A DNA stretch of 54,517 bases, filler included, from Sphacelaria rigidula (Eukaryota), in NCBI GenBank assembly GCA_964200075.2. It is 4 parts of 4 records of this genome, joined end to end, with 100 filler letters (N's around TTAATTAATTAA, not from the genome) between each part and the next. Parts side by side here need not be neighbours in the genome. Positions count along the whole stretch, not along the records: positions 27,311 to 40,864 come from CAXNAA020002806.1; 3 more parts are not named here. One strand, 5' to 3'. A program made the translations under genes and the position numbers. Below the pieces are notes generated by a model. The model made no database searches. It saw only the letters and a program-made list of their open reading frames with translations, and was not told the origin of the DNA. Shown here piece after piece: positions 27,211 through 40,964 of this stretch (position 1 is its first letter; each line of letters opens with the position of its first letter).

Positions 27211-27310
27211 NNNNNNNNNNNNNNNNNNNNNNNNNNNNNNNNNNNNNNNNNNNNTTAATTAATTAANNNNNNNNNNNNNNNNNNNNNNNNNNNNNNNNNN
27301 NNNNNNNNNN
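27211..27310. other. Artificial contig spacer
   Basis: 100-bp N-TTAATTAATTAA-N. Confidence 0.98.
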
Positions 27311-28062
27311 CCCCCCCCGTTCCAAAGAGATGCGTTGTCAAACGTAAAACGACTAAGGAAACAAAAAAAATGGTACCCCCCCCCCCCCCCTGTGCTATAC
27401 AACCACGTAAGCACGCGCCAGACTCACAGGCAAAGAAAAGCACACGCAAAATAAAGAGTTGGTCAAGTTAAAGCGAATGATAAAGCCCAATCTCAACCAA
27501 TGCTCTGCTCTCAATCTCACGAAAATGTTATTTCCTCCTGTATTTTTTTCTCAAAGTCAACTATGTCGTTCTACGCAATCTCCTATTGTGTGCTTGAGGC
27601 TATACACGTGAAAGTCAAAGCGCCAGTTCCTCGCGAGTACACGCGCTCCATCTGTGGCAAAACCTGGCCCTTCTGTTTCACGAAGCGCCACACGCTTCCA
27701 GCATTCAGCGACGGCAGGTAGCTTGGGCGTACAGCATCTGTTGACACGTCGAAATCTCCGGTCTTGCAGTATCCCCGACCTGAGGTCGCGTTTTCGACCC
27801 AATTTTTGCAGAAAGCGATGATGATCTGAGGAAACGTCTCGGCAAAATCGAACTCGAAATCATAATCGGGGTTTTGAACTCGAACTCGAATTCGATTTTG
27901 GGTTTCGCTGTTGCAGTAGCAACGCTGCCGGGCCTCGGTGCTGTAATGGTGCTCTGACGCCGTTATGTCGGGAAGAACGCGGGTTCGCTTCCCACAAGAT
28001 GCGTTTGGAATTTTTCTTCAACGACTCTGATTTATGTCGTTAATACTGTAAGGACGTGAGCA

Positions 28063-28319
28063 GAGCGATGCTACGGTAGGGATGCACTTTTTGCGCGAAA
28101 TCTTGTCCAGTTCAGGAGCTCCTAACGATTCTAGATTGCACAAGAATATGGGTCAGGGCATCCCCGTTTGCAAATTCATTCGGGATGTCTCCAGGACATT
28201 GAAATAGTAATCCTGGCGTACCCTTACATATTTCGGAAGTGGTGTTTTGGATGAGATACAGGGCTCCTAACAATTCGAACCTCAGAAAATATTTGTGCAC
28301 CCCCGCCGTAGCATCACTC
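28063..28319. mobile_element. Sola2-like MITE, subfamily A2 (257 bp)
   Basis: GAGCGATGCTACGGTAGGGATGCAC ... GTGCACCCCCGCCGTAGCATCACTC; AGCA TSD; homologous to 53170-53426. Confidence 0.85.
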
Positions 28320-31300
28320 AGCAGCAAAAATACTTTATTGCGTTCGTTTGGCGAGAGTCGACGCGATGCAGGGATGTTGATAGTCATGATCCAACCTTCG
28401 AGACCAGAATGCAAGGCGTGTACCGGGGAGATACGAGTCGATCCGTTGAGACCACGGACTCGTCCCGAAGAAGGGGGGGGGCGTACTCATTTGTTGCTTG
28501 CCTTAGTCGTTTGACCATTGACCACCCACCCCGTTCGAGACAGAGCACCGTTACTACTCCTGATAGAGACACCTCCAACATTCCGAAGGGTGGGAGGGGG
28601 GTGTGTGTGTGAGAAAATGACAACAGCAAAGAAGAAGTCCGGCGTTTATACTGCATGAGATCAGAGGCCATCATGATCAACAGCTGATGAACCACAGTCG
28701 ATTCAAGGGGTTCAAACGCCCACCAAAAGAATTTCACTGCCTCCCGAGCAATGCTTGATGTCCCTCGCCGTACAATAGCTCGTACTTCATCAATGTGCGA
28801 CAAGATTGCCTTATTTTCGATCCACCAAGACTTTAGGCCGTGATGACCGTTCCCGCAAGATTGCGAAGTATAGGTGATAATGCTAAATTTGTACTTCGAG
28901 GAGAAATGCTAAATCGATGTTAGGTTGGTGCTTGCCAACGTGGAACCAAATACACTCGATCAAGAAATTTGTGTCCCAGTCTCGTGGTCTGTGGATTTGG
29001 ACGCGTTTCGTCGATCGTGGGTCGCTGTGCCCGACGCTACATGCGTGCCCTGAAAAAATACGCACACGTTTGCATCTCGAGAAATCGCATCTCCAACCGA
29101 TGACCATGCTTTTAGTCTCACGTTTCGGATATGGGTTCTACTATTTCCTTTCTGCAAGAAAATGTGTAGATTTTTCCCAAGAGCTCGGGAAGTTCAGCAG
29201 TATGCTTCATGATCAGGGCAGGGAGGTAATGACAGCACCCTCGAAAACTATACTCGATTTCGATTTTATTATCTTATTAAGACACGAACGTCTTCATGCG
29301 AGTAGGTTCGCTTGTTTGTTGGGGGAAAATCTGGGTCCAAATAGGAGTTTGACCGATGAAACGGACGGTAACTTGACCAAGCGGGGTACTCGAGCTGGAG
29401 ATGTCACGCTACGTATACAGGAAATATGTCATGTACCACGCGGGGCCCTCCGAAATTCGAGGAGATCTTAGAGACACTCCTCGCTGTACAGCTACGCGTA
29501 CCAGCATTTATCTCCAGAGCGCCCAAGCACAGACGAACTAGTCCTAGCAAGGTCTCTTTTCCAGTCCAAGAAAAATAATTTCGGTTCGTAGAAGTTGAAC
29601 TAATGGCAAATGACCATGAGCAATACGCTTGAAATTCGAGAGGAAAGCGGGGATAAATTTATGTGCTAGTTGTGCGTCTCGACTGGACGTTGGTTACTGA
29701 AAACACCGCAGTTCTCATTCAGTTCTTGTTGGATCCAACCCCAAAGAAGTACAACGTACTCAGTTGACCAAGGCTTACGTATGTTGGTGTCCGTGCTTTT
29801 GTATCGCGCGCGAGCAGAGGAGTTTGCACGGCCGCTGAAAAAACTACGAGTAGTAAGGCAAACGTTAGTTGAGGTCTGATACTAATGGACGAGTTGATTC
29901 CTCGAGACCACGGACTCGTCCCGAGGAAGGGGAGGGGTTCAAGGGGCGACGAAAGGAACGATAAAAAAAAAGCAGTACTCCAACCAGAAGGAATTTTTGC
30001 CCTCATTTATTCGGTCAGAAAAGTCATGCCTGAAAACTGGAAGTGAAGACACGACCTGAAACACTGCTAGTTAACGCCTGGCCGGTGTTCCCTATAGTGA
30101 TAATCGGAGGGGGCTTAACCAGGGCGTGATCAAACGAGACTGACACTTGATGTTTTGGCTGCATTTTTGCCATCTCTCGCGCAGGTGAGGACTACTGCTG
30201 GTATCGACAGTGCTGCATCGGCGGTGCGATCTCCTGTGCCCGGCAAACCGAGCACGAGCAGTTTACGCAGCAACGCAAGCTCAAGAGTTTCAAGCCACAC
30301 CTCCTTCCGGGAACTCGCCACTCCCGGCGCGTCTTTCATGAGCGACTGACACGAGTTCAAAGTAGTTGCTGCAGGTGGTTCAGTTTAGGCCGAGCTACTT
30401 CCTACACGGCAACTACACGTCAGGCAGAGAACGTTTATGTGTCTCGAGATATCAAACTCGAGTGCAACCCCAGCACACTTGTATTCCTTGTTCGATGGTG
30501 CCCTGGTTAAGCGGCTACACGTAAAATTTTGTCAATCGACACGACGTGCTGGAGTCCGCCGCTTGAGACTGCATCAACCGTGGCAGGGGGGTTATGGTAT
30601 TTGCATACGAACGCATCCGAGAAAGAAGAAACATATATGCAATGCCCTTCCGCATTATTTTGTACTCGTGCCCATGTACTGGTCGCGAGCATCATGTTAC
30701 GCGCCGCAGCGTTTGAATAAACTTCAAGTGCACGTGAAGACGGCGTAACACATACTGCCATTACTGGCGAGATAATTTATTTCATCACAAACCGCGAAGT
30801 GAAGCTAGTCCCTCTCCCCCCCCCCCCCCCAGAGCAAAGCTGAAAGCTTGCGAATAGAGGAACCACGTCACTGACACAAATAACAATACTTCACAACACA
30901 GAAGAAAAACTGTATGAATCTCGTTTCATGCGTGTATCGTACCCAGTTCTGTTGAGCCTTCCGCGAATGGTCCCGCTTGTGCTGTGGTACCCGGAGCATA
31001 TCGTACAAAGAGCGTGTAACGTAATGAGACGACATCTCACTAGCTTGCAGAGCAATTTGTGCAACCGTAGAATCTCAAAAAGATTGCAATGTGAAGCAAA
31101 ATATCTATTCCTACTCCACGTTGAATTGAGAGCAGCGTAGCTCTAGCCTAAACTTTCGTCTCTCCGCGTTCTTCCCTTTTTTTCGCATGTCAATACTCCA
31201 GGGCTTTTTTCTATACGTACAATTGAGGATCCTGGACACAAGCATCAAAATTGCGAGTCACTCGAGCTCTTTCCTCTCATACATCAAACGCAGATACCCA

Positions 31301-31554
31301 TTATATAATGGAAGGATTTTCTCCCTTTGCAGTTCTTATGTACCATGCAAACGCATGAATGCATTCAGCAAATGTACATCTGCGCGACAAGCGTTGCACA
31401 ATGTGCTAACGATAAGTATCAGTGCCTGATGGGCAATCAACCAATCGCACCGACAGGCAAAACACAGAACAAAACGGTCACCGCTGAAAAGCTTCCTGGA
31501 AACGAACATATTACTTTTCGCTTCACAGCATAGTTAGTTCAACAGTGGAAGTAA

Positions 31555-32700
31555 TCACAGAAAACTGACAATGGAACGGAACGCCCCCTCCTCCCCCAGA
31601 CCGATGGTTCTCTGCACGAGACTCATCAGTTCACGTCTGCCTTCTTCATCCTCGTCACTCTCCCTGCCACGGACTCTCGAATACGCTCCCCGACCGCGAC
31701 GTCCTTTTCCCGTCCCCTTTTCCCTTCTCCCTCCGTTGTTCCTCCGAGAACCGCTGCCCGATGCCCTTCCACCCCCCCCGCCACCACCACTACCACCGCC
31801 GCTTCCACTACCGCCGCCAGCACGCTTGGAACCCTTTCGCTCTCCCTGACCAACGGCCTTCCCCTCACGGCTGCGCCGAGTGACGGCCACTACCTCCTTC
31901 CTCGGAACTGCGTGCTTCGTCTTCGCCCGCTTGGAGACGGGAGGTGCCGACTGGAGTCGATATCGAAGAGTTGTAGGGGAAATGCGGTCGTCTTGTTTCG
32001 CAGTGGCGGCAGCGCCATGGCCACCGTTGCCGATGCCGTCGCTAGCGGTAGACTCGTCGCCGACCTCGACGGCGGCCGCCTTGGTCGCGCTCCGAGTCAT
32101 AACCGTGGGCAGCAGTGGTGGGGGCGGTCGGGCGAACGCTGCGGCACACTCGCGCGCGCGGAGGATCACAAGCCAGCTTCGACGTCGCCAGGCGCGGTCG
32201 ACTGCAGCACTCTGCAGCATCTGGTGGATCGCCGTGAGGTCGCCTGCCGGTCGCCCGGCCGCTTCGCTCATCGTGCCCACCACCTGACTGGGGGTGTTGC
32301 CGTCCTCGTCCACCGATAGTTCGTCGGCTCCACCCCGTAGTAGTTCTTGGACACAGCCGGCGTGCCCCTGCATACAAGCGCAGTGCAAAGCGCTGCGCGG
32401 GATCCCCTCGGCGTCCACTCGAGCGCCGGCGACTAGCAACTTTTGCACAGCCAAAGCGTGTCCCAGCCACGCGGCTAACAGCAGCGGCGTGTCATTGTTC
32501 CTATCGCGAACTTCGGTTTGCGCCCCGGCTTCCATGAGGCACACGATGACGTCCGGGCGGCCAGCTCTGGAAGCAGCGTGCAGCGGGGATTCGACGCGCC
32601 ACCCGCCCCTGATGTTGACGTCGACGGCTTGGACCAGAGCACGGACGGCTCCGATGTCTCCTCGTTGCGCCGCTCGGTGTAGGTGGGCTCTGTCCGCCAT
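31555..32700 (-). CDS. Intronless ankyrin-repeat protein (381 aa)
   Basis: About four ankyrin repeats (HLHRAA, SPLHAAS, TPLLLAA, SALHCAC), then the motif RAWRRRSWLV, a Gly/Arg low-complexity stretch and C-terminal EEGAFRSIVSFL; CAAAAATGG start context. Confidence 0.9.
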   Translation of the reverse strand: MADRAHLHRAAQRGDIGAVRALVQAVDVNIRGGWRVESPLHAASRAGRPDVIVCLMEAGAQTEVRDRNNDTPLLLAAWLGHALAVQKLLVAGARVDAEGIPRSALHCACMQGHAGCVQELLRGGADELSVDEDGNTPSQVVGTMSEAAGRPAGDLTAIHQMLQSAAVDRAWRRRSWLVILRARECAAAFARPPPPLLPTVMTRSATKAAAVEVGDESTASDGIGNGGHGAAATAKQDDRISPTTLRYRLQSAPPVSKRAKTKHAVPRKEVVAVTRRSREGKAVGQGERKGSKRAGGGSGSGGGSGGGGGGGRASGSGSRRNNGGRREKGTGKGRRGRGAYSRVRGRESDEDEEGRRELMSLVQRTIGLGEEGAFRSIVSFL

Positions 32701-34899
32701 TTTTGTTCGTAGCTGTTGTTGTTACTGCTGCTGGTAGTGGTGGTCCTGTTGTTGTATTGATATTGGTAGTGGTAGTGTGGTGGCGACTATGGCGATGGGG
32801 TTCGGTTTCTTGTTCCAATTACTATAGACCGCCCGGTGAAGAGATATAGCATTGCGGTAATTGCAGCAGACGATGCTACTTAGGGTCGAAAACACCATAA
32901 TTTGACAAAGATAGCGGTTTGGGTATCGTGTAACATTTAGTCGGCGGGTAAATGTAGTACGATTCGCGAATGCGAAGACTAAAGCTGTGCGTTTGTACAG
33001 TTGGATACTGTTGGAGGTTTGGTCGCATATAGGAACAGGGTAGACTAGCGAACATCCAGCATATATCGCTTGCCTAGCTAGCTTATCCCGCAGTTACCCC
33101 ATATGCGGTACTGCTTCGAACTTCAAGTAGCCTGCCGCAGTGTCTCTGCTGCGCAGTACGGAACAAAATGATACAGGATGTAGAAATATGAACTCCCGAG
33201 ATTGTTCATGCATAAGTCTGATCCCTTTCTTTGCCGGCATTGATGGTGTAAATGCACCACACTTGCTGACGCGTTGAGCAAGATTCGACAAGTGGATGGC
33301 CGTGTGGTCGAAAAAAAAACGCCGGTGGTTACAAATTCAGAACCATGTGTGTGATTCAAAACACGTACACATAATTACAGCATTCAGATGAACGGCGAGA
33401 ATCTGCGCCATGAAGCAGATTTTCAACGGCTACACATATGCGGAAGGCCGTGTGGTATTATGACCAACATGGTCGCCGTGGTGGTGAAGGGCGGATGCTG
33501 CGAAGGCAACGCACAGGTCGAGATCTTCGTGTGTCGACTGCTACAATATGGGGTAACGCGAGGTGCTTTTGAACGCCTCCCATACACGAATGAGTAGCAT
33601 TCGTTCCTGTCGAAGAGACATGCGTGGATAGAGCGGTTTAATGCTTGTGATAAAGATATCGTCAAATCGGCAAACCGAGATACAGTTGGAAACCAACAAT
33701 TTGTCAGTTGTAGGCGTGTGAATGGCATGCATGCTGTGTGTCCCTTTATGAACGTGATCCAAAAGAATTAAGAAAGAGAGCACACGAGCGGTCGCAGCTC
33801 GAGAAAGCGGGGAATGTAAGGGAAGCGCCGAGAGCAAAGCCCCTAACTTTCACGATAGTAATTCGTTTTCATTTTTACGTACTGTACCCCTGCGACTGTC
33901 AGCAAGGGGAAATATCTGGGACATTCTCGACTTTACTGTTGTATCCAGTGTTTGAGTGTTCTTTAACGAGCAGCCCCTCCCAAGATCCAGCGATCCATGG
34001 GGGAGATGTGCGGCACTGTTGTTGTGTGCATCACAAGGATGAGATAGTGCAGTTGTCTAGCTCGCTCATGAGATCAGGAGAAATTCTACATCATAGAAGT
34101 ACACGTGGTGCCGCATTGAGCAGTGCCGCTAAATCTTCGGTCTCTTGTCTACGATATCATTTCTAACACAAGAAGACATGGCTAGGTTAGCTGTCTTGTT
34201 GCCAGCCCACTGTACCTGAAATCTGTGCCCGAAAGATCCCACAGCGAAGCAAATCTGTTCAAGTCGGGAATGAATCACCAGTATGGCGTGCAATTGTAGA
34301 TTCTCTGCTGCCGTTGAATATAATGTACGGCTAAGGATATATCTCGACGAGTGTTTGTGCGTGGATGGTGTGTGAGTGCGTTTCCGACGGGTGTGAGCAT
34401 TTCGCGGGTAACAACTGAACAATTATCCCGCATTTCTCACAAAAAGTATTCAAAATTGAAAATTGTCGTTACATCGTTGAAATGGAACATGACGAGGTAA
34501 ATAGATCGTACAAACTTGCAGGGCAGGCTGAATATAAAGGCAGGATGCAGTGTATGGTATCTAGCTGGAATGACTCTACGTACGCAAATCGAGGATAATG
34601 CGGAAATATCCACGTACTCGCAAATAACGCATTTTGTTCACATTTGTGTATAGCCTCCCAAAAAAATAAACGCCTCCTGTGTTTGAAACCGTTAGTCTCT
34701 CCACCAAATTAGCGGCGGGATTATGATCAACCTCTCAAAGAGTATCGCCACCCACTTCCACTTTCCGCCAGAAGAGTGACAGAAGACCAAGCTCACTCGC
34801 TCTCGGCTTTAGATCAAGCTGGCAAGTATGATGAGTTCGTCGAGTTCATATATAGGACTGCTGAGGCTAAGGGTATGTTGTTGTATGTTCTTGTCGCAC

Positions 34900-35262
34900 C
34901 ACGACACAGCTAAGGTTCGTCTTGCAGTGTGTGTTATTCCGGACGCCAGTGTACACCTTTCGGTACACCTGGGCGCATCAGCTGGGGTCACACAACAAGA
35001 GGAGGTTCACACGTATTTTTTTGTTTCAGTCGTTCATCTTTCGTCTGCGGTGCTTGCTCTTCGTTTTGTCGTGAGAAGGGTCCGACGTTTCCTTTCCCTC
35101 GTCGACCGTGAAGTCGAACTTCGTGTACTCACAACAAAGTCGCTCTCGGCTGTTGGGCGAGATGTGAGGAAAATCACAGATCGTATGACTTCAACGAGAT
35201 TCTAACCCACAAATCCCAGCCGTCAGCAGGTTCCAAGGTCATGAACTGAGCTCGGGCGACCG
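34900..35262 (-). mobile_element. tRNA-derived SINE copy
   Basis: Reverse complement reads CCGGTCGCCCGAGCTCAGTT...GTGGGTTAGAATC; body matches 7345-7705. Confidence 0.65.
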
Positions 35263-35944
35263 GTTCAGTCAGTGTCTTCATTCTGGTGTAGTTAGAGCTC
35301 CCCTTTCAAGATGCCGCACTCAGCACGTTCTGTACCACTTAACATCTACATCAATGGCTAATGTTCGAGGGCAATCACTTCTGAGGCTCTCCCCGCTTCC
35401 CGAGCGCAAGTGGTATGCGTATTCCATGAGCGAACTTTCAAATTGTGTCAGCTCAGATGTTGGATGTTGGAGTGGTATACCGCAGGTGTCAAAGAGTTCA
35501 AATCCCCGTGAGATGAGTTCTTTTTGATGTCGACTTCTCTCAGTAGCTGTGACAGCCCGCCGGCAGCTGCTCGTGGTTTTGCCTCGGTTTTGCGACATCT
35601 CATCGGCGTTTTCTTGACACCGGAGTGTAGTAGTATGAGCCTTACACCTCGAGAACGTCGACGTCGAGAAACGCGCTGGGGGCTAAGCGCTATGATAGTA
35701 TAAGCAGCGCTCAGGCGGCATCAAGCCTGGTTATCAGAAGTCGAGAAGGTGTGTATTCGAGTGGAGAAGTGGTTGATGAAATAGGATTTGAAGCAGGGTG
35801 AAGCTACCTACCCGCTCCCATCGGAGGCGAACTCGTGTCGGGATGCGAGCTGTTTTCCTCGACACAAAGAGGGATGTGCGTCCCAGCATATTATTATCGA
35901 TCGGAACGGTATATTTACATGTATCCGAAGATCAATAATGCCGA

Positions 35945-36215
35945 AAATCAGTATCGTGTCATGTGTGTGTTGCCATCTCATCTATTCTGGGCACCAGGCT
36001 ACACATCGTCGGTATATGTTGGATCAGCCGGTGTCACGCGCACGAGGAGGGTCAACACAGGAGGGCTTGCTAATTTTTTCACGCCGGTAGTACTCCACCT
36101 TCCCTCTGTGCAGTGCTTGCATCAATTCTTACGCGGGAAGAATTCGGCGGTCCCCTTCCCTTTCGACCTCGACCGTGAAGTAGAGTATACCATGCAGCCC
36201 TCTCAAGTGTTGCTG
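35945..36215 (-). mobile_element. SINE body copy; tRNA-like head not recognisable
   Basis: GAGGAGGGTCAACACAGGAG and CCCTTTCGACCTCGACCG match the reverse complement of 7490-7700. Confidence 0.55.
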
Positions 36216-39200
36216 AAAATCGAACTTGCACAGCACAATCCACGATTCCACAATTCCACACTCGGTGCCAGCGCCATGAAGGAATGTACCGTAGAACGAG
36301 TGTACGGTGCGATCACAGATTGTGTCGGGGGAGGGGGTACGTTCTCTCGTGCAGTACCGATGTCTATTGCATGTTCGCAAAGAAGAGTGTTACATGTTTG
36401 TACCGCGTGATATGTAGTATATCCACACACTCATGGCCCCACGTCACGGCCGGCCAATTCAAGGCCGGGGCCCGGTATAGCGCCGCTAAATTTTGGGGAC
36501 ACGACGTATGGTCGCTCACTCCTGAAGTCAAACAGAATCCAAGAGCCAATCGACCTGGAATTGGAACGATACTGATATTTATGTATACGTCTTGTTCACG
36601 GTGAGTATATCTTCTGTATCTTGTGACTACGGCTGTGTCCCCCGGGGATCAGTGTATGTGCGACAATCAATCAACCAATCACCAATTGTCGCAGAGTAGT
36701 GCTGTATTCAAGCGGATGTATGCTTGTCCTGAGCGCGGGACGTGTATCCTGCAGTCTAGCAATAGTGTTCCTGTATGGTGCTGCAATGGTCGGCCTGTGG
36801 GCTTTTGCACGATGTGTCTGAGTCACATACGCTTGAAAGTGGTCGGAGGACATCTACAACACTACGACCATCTTATTTTCTCAACGCCGAATAACCATGC
36901 GCGAGTACAAGTATGTATTTTCCTCTTGGGTGGCACTCATGGCGCGTCCCGTCACCATCGGCTATTTCCCTACCCGTAAGCCAATATTACCCGCGCCGTG
37001 TACGACAACTGACCCACCTTAAGCTGGCCCGCCTTCATCAGGGGGTCCTTGTTAAGGCCGGTCGACCCTCGAAGCCGACCGGCTTCGAAGTGTGCGCAAA
37101 CCGGCATAAGACCGAGTGCCGATATGCGGCTGGCGGTGTCTGCGGGTACATACCGGCCTCAACGTAGAACCGCAACCGTATTTATGGTCTTGCGTATCGT
37201 GAACGTCGACGTCATACGTCGCCTCCTTCCCCGCCGGTGACTTGACCTTTGCCGCACACTACCGGTCCTGTATCGTTTTACCGGAGACATCCTGTAGCTA
37301 CTGTAAAGCCGAGAGGTGCATTAGGATACTAGTTGAACTAGGGCCACATCGGTTTTTGGCAGCATTGCATTGCATGTGGCGTAGAAAATGTGATGTGCTG
37401 TATAAGCACGTGATAAACAGTCACGATTTGCGTAGTTTTTAGAAGTCACATCTAGAGAGTATCTTTGGCTCCTTCCGCACGCTGTCGATCCCGTGGTAAA
37501 ATACTCTGTACACCCGGCAGCCACTACACTATACACCCGAGAAGTGCTTCAAAAGGCCACTGACTTCAGCATCAGCTCGGCATCAGCGTGACGGGGTTGC
37601 GTTGAACGCAGGGATGGAAAATTTGAAAAAAAAGCTCATCAAATGCATCCGTCCAAACAGAACAACAAACATTTGTCTACGTTATTATTGATTTATCTCC
37701 GATGCGTCTCCCATGTCATCATCAGCCTCGCCAGGTAGCGCAGGATAAAGACTCTGCTTATGCCGAGCTTCATCCTCCTACAATATCCAAGTTATTCTAG
37801 CTACCCGTGTCTCAGGTACGACGGGCCGACCTACACAAGCGCACCGCGTTCAGATTTGAGACAACAAGTGGATCGTATGGTCATGTTGCGGTGTCAATGA
37901 CCGTCAGGACGCCGAAACAGTACACGTGTGCCGAATAAGCTCGACAGCATGCTGAAACAGCAGTATGGTTGTGGTACAGCGCCACACCGAGACTACCAAT
38001 GAAACTGACAAAATATCGTGACCCTTGATACGGGCACGTGAAAGGGTTAATAGTGCCAAACTGTCCTTGCTGAGTGCCGGTAGAAGTGAGGAGCCGCCAA
38101 TCCCACGCTACGATGAAACATCATGAAAGTGCATGTTTAAACCGCACGTGCATAAAACAGTACGCAGGAAAATGGGAACTAGCCACAGGTGACATCGAGG
38201 TTTTGCTCTGCTTGCCTCTTGTCCACCAAGCTCAAACATTTCACACCATTTTCACCCTACGTATCTCTGTCCTCGCTTGCAGCGCGATATTGCACGATTC
38301 TAGTTCCTACGAAGGCGCTTTGGAAGACCAACGACAGGGTGGTCATCGTCGATTCATAGGCACTACGCAAAACAGGAACCAGGCGTGGGCAATGGCAGAG
38401 GTCACGATTGGAAACCGCGTGTACAGGCATGAAACGAAGGATCAGCCCACCGAGAACGCACCCGGGAAGATTGTCGAGGCGTTTGGACTTAGAAAATGTC
38501 CAAAGCTAGTAGAGCAGGTAATAATGTTCTCGCCGCGTGGTTTAGGATATGCGCGTTGTCGACGAGTTGTGTGTATGTGTGTGTATGTGTGTGTATGTGT
38601 GTGCGTTTGTTTGAGCGTGTTTGTGTTTTCCCAATCACTCTTTGTTTTTCCAATCACAAGGGATAAACAGCACGGAAGCGCACGCACGGACGTGTACACA
38701 AACACGTGTCACGCTGAAACACCCGTTTTCTGCGTGGATATCGTCACCTACTCAACGCTGATGCTCTGAAGCTCTTCAGTGAAAGAAAATGATGATACCA
38801 CATAAGATTCGGCTTGTCTTCCGCGTGAGTTTCTTGCATATATATATATATATATATAACCTGCGAACCAAGTGCCTAGTGAATTCAACTTGGTTGTGCA
38901 GGTTGTCCAGTGCTCGACCTGTCTTTTATCGATACCGACGAATCATTCTTCGATAGGGGGCAAGGGGTATATAGGGCCACTTCTTGCAAGAAAAGGCTCC
39001 TTCAAATCGTGGATGGAAAGAGTGACTTTTGTTCGAACGCTCTTGGTACCTACAGGACCCCCTGATTCATACTACTTCACACCGTTTTCACCCAGTTACG
39101 AGCGCACCCCTATACTAGTGTGTTAGGTCGCCTGACACACTAAGCCCCTGTTCTTCGTGCAATCAAACACCCTTCCCCCTCCCACTATCGTGCTCCGTCT

Positions 39201-40864
39201 CGAAAGGGATGCGTGGTCAATGGTCACACGACTAAGGCAAGCAACAAATTAGTACGCCCCCCCTCCCCCCACTATCGGAATCCCCCCTTTTGAGGGTTGG
39301 CATCGGTTGGCAACGACGTTGTAAAACACGCCATTCCCTGCGTAAGTTACGCAGTCAGGTGACCGTGTTGTTTTTTCGCTGGCGTTTGTTCTTGCGGTAA
39401 CGATGATGGTGGCCGAGTAAGATCATATTGTGTGGGATGTAGAACCCGAACTGCCCGCAAAGGGGATGGTCGTCCAACGTACTCTTTACATTGTGAGGCA
39501 CCCATGAGGCAGTGCGTAACCGGTGGCTGTCTCTTAGAGTGGCAATACAAGAAAATAGAGCAATTCGCTGCACGCTGTCATCCATACGCAAGGTCATCAG
39601 TAGGCTTCGGGCCGAACATCCTAGCAGGATGCAGCTCGTCCACCCTTCATGCGACTCGTCGATCACATCAGGGTTTTTCGCGCTTAGTTTGCGAGCCTGG
39701 TTCGACGAAAACCGGGTGTGCTCCGTCCTGGCTTGGTAGGGGTGCGAGATCAATGGTCATATGACTAAGGCATGCAATATCATGAGTACCCCCGGCCCCC
39801 CGGCCATCGGGCACTTCCACTCGGAAGCTCTGGGATCGGTAGACACTGAAAGAGAAAGCAACAGGTCTTCACGGGAGAAACGATTACCATCTTCGTGTTA
39901 TCGGGGCAATATGGGGTAAAAATCTCGTCTTCGTGGGGAGGGCGTACGCATTTGTTGCTTGCCCTAGTCGTTTGATCAATGACCACGCATTCCGTTCGAG
40001 ACGGCGGGTATTACTCACTATATTTTGGTTCAAAACCGTACTTTCACGGCTATAGTGCAACACGCAGCTAGAAAGGACAACAACAGAGTTATTACGGAAC
40101 GATTGTTCCCCAGAACGATTCGGATTGGTTCGATCAAGTAAACGTATCGAAGAGCCAGGACCTGAGGCTGTGTAGTTGTAGCACCCCCGGCGACTGGCCC
40201 ACGGGTGTGCAGCTCAAAGTAGATCTGAGGAAATGTGTCCCTTTTCGAGATTGTTCCGGGTACTAGCACGTTTCCATCCCCAACGTTTAGTATTACGCAT
40301 TCACCGTGGTGAGTCGTGGTACCACCGGAGATTCTGACCACAAGGAGAAGAAAAAAATACTTCAAGGACCGAAAAATGTATTTCGTGCGTGATGACTAAT
40401 AACTACCATAGGTAAGGAGCGATATGCTTGAAGTCCGGGTCAACACGCTGAGGGTGTTGTGCGACGAGTTTCGAAACCCCACCAGTATCGCGGGAGTCGT
40501 CAAGGCCGGTTTGATGAGGCGAGTCTGTAGCTATATCTCGCAAACGAGTGGTGCTGCGATACCCCCCCCCCCGCCCCCCCGAACCAGCCCCAAAACTCTC
40601 ATGAAGGAAACGGCCACCCCGCGCATGATAGTAGCTGGTTCCAGACTGCAAGAAGCAAAAACAATCCCAAGCGTACTCGGCTTTTTGTCATTTCGATTCG
40701 CATGCAAATTTTCCCTCGTCGAACCAGCCGCTTTCTGTGGGGGGAGGGGGAGAAGGGAGGGTGTACTTGTGATATTGCATAACGGAGTCAAAATACCATT
40801 TACTGTGGGGGCGGGGGAGGAGGAGGGGGGTGTACTCATGATCATGCATGCCATAGTCATCAGA

Positions 40865-40964
40865 NNNNNNNNNNNNNNNNNNNNNNNNNNNNNNNNNNNN
40901 NNNNNNNNTTAATTAATTAANNNNNNNNNNNNNNNNNNNNNNNNNNNNNNNNNNNNNNNNNNNN
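40865..40964. other. Artificial contig spacer
   Basis: 100-bp N-TTAATTAATTAA-N. Confidence 0.98.
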
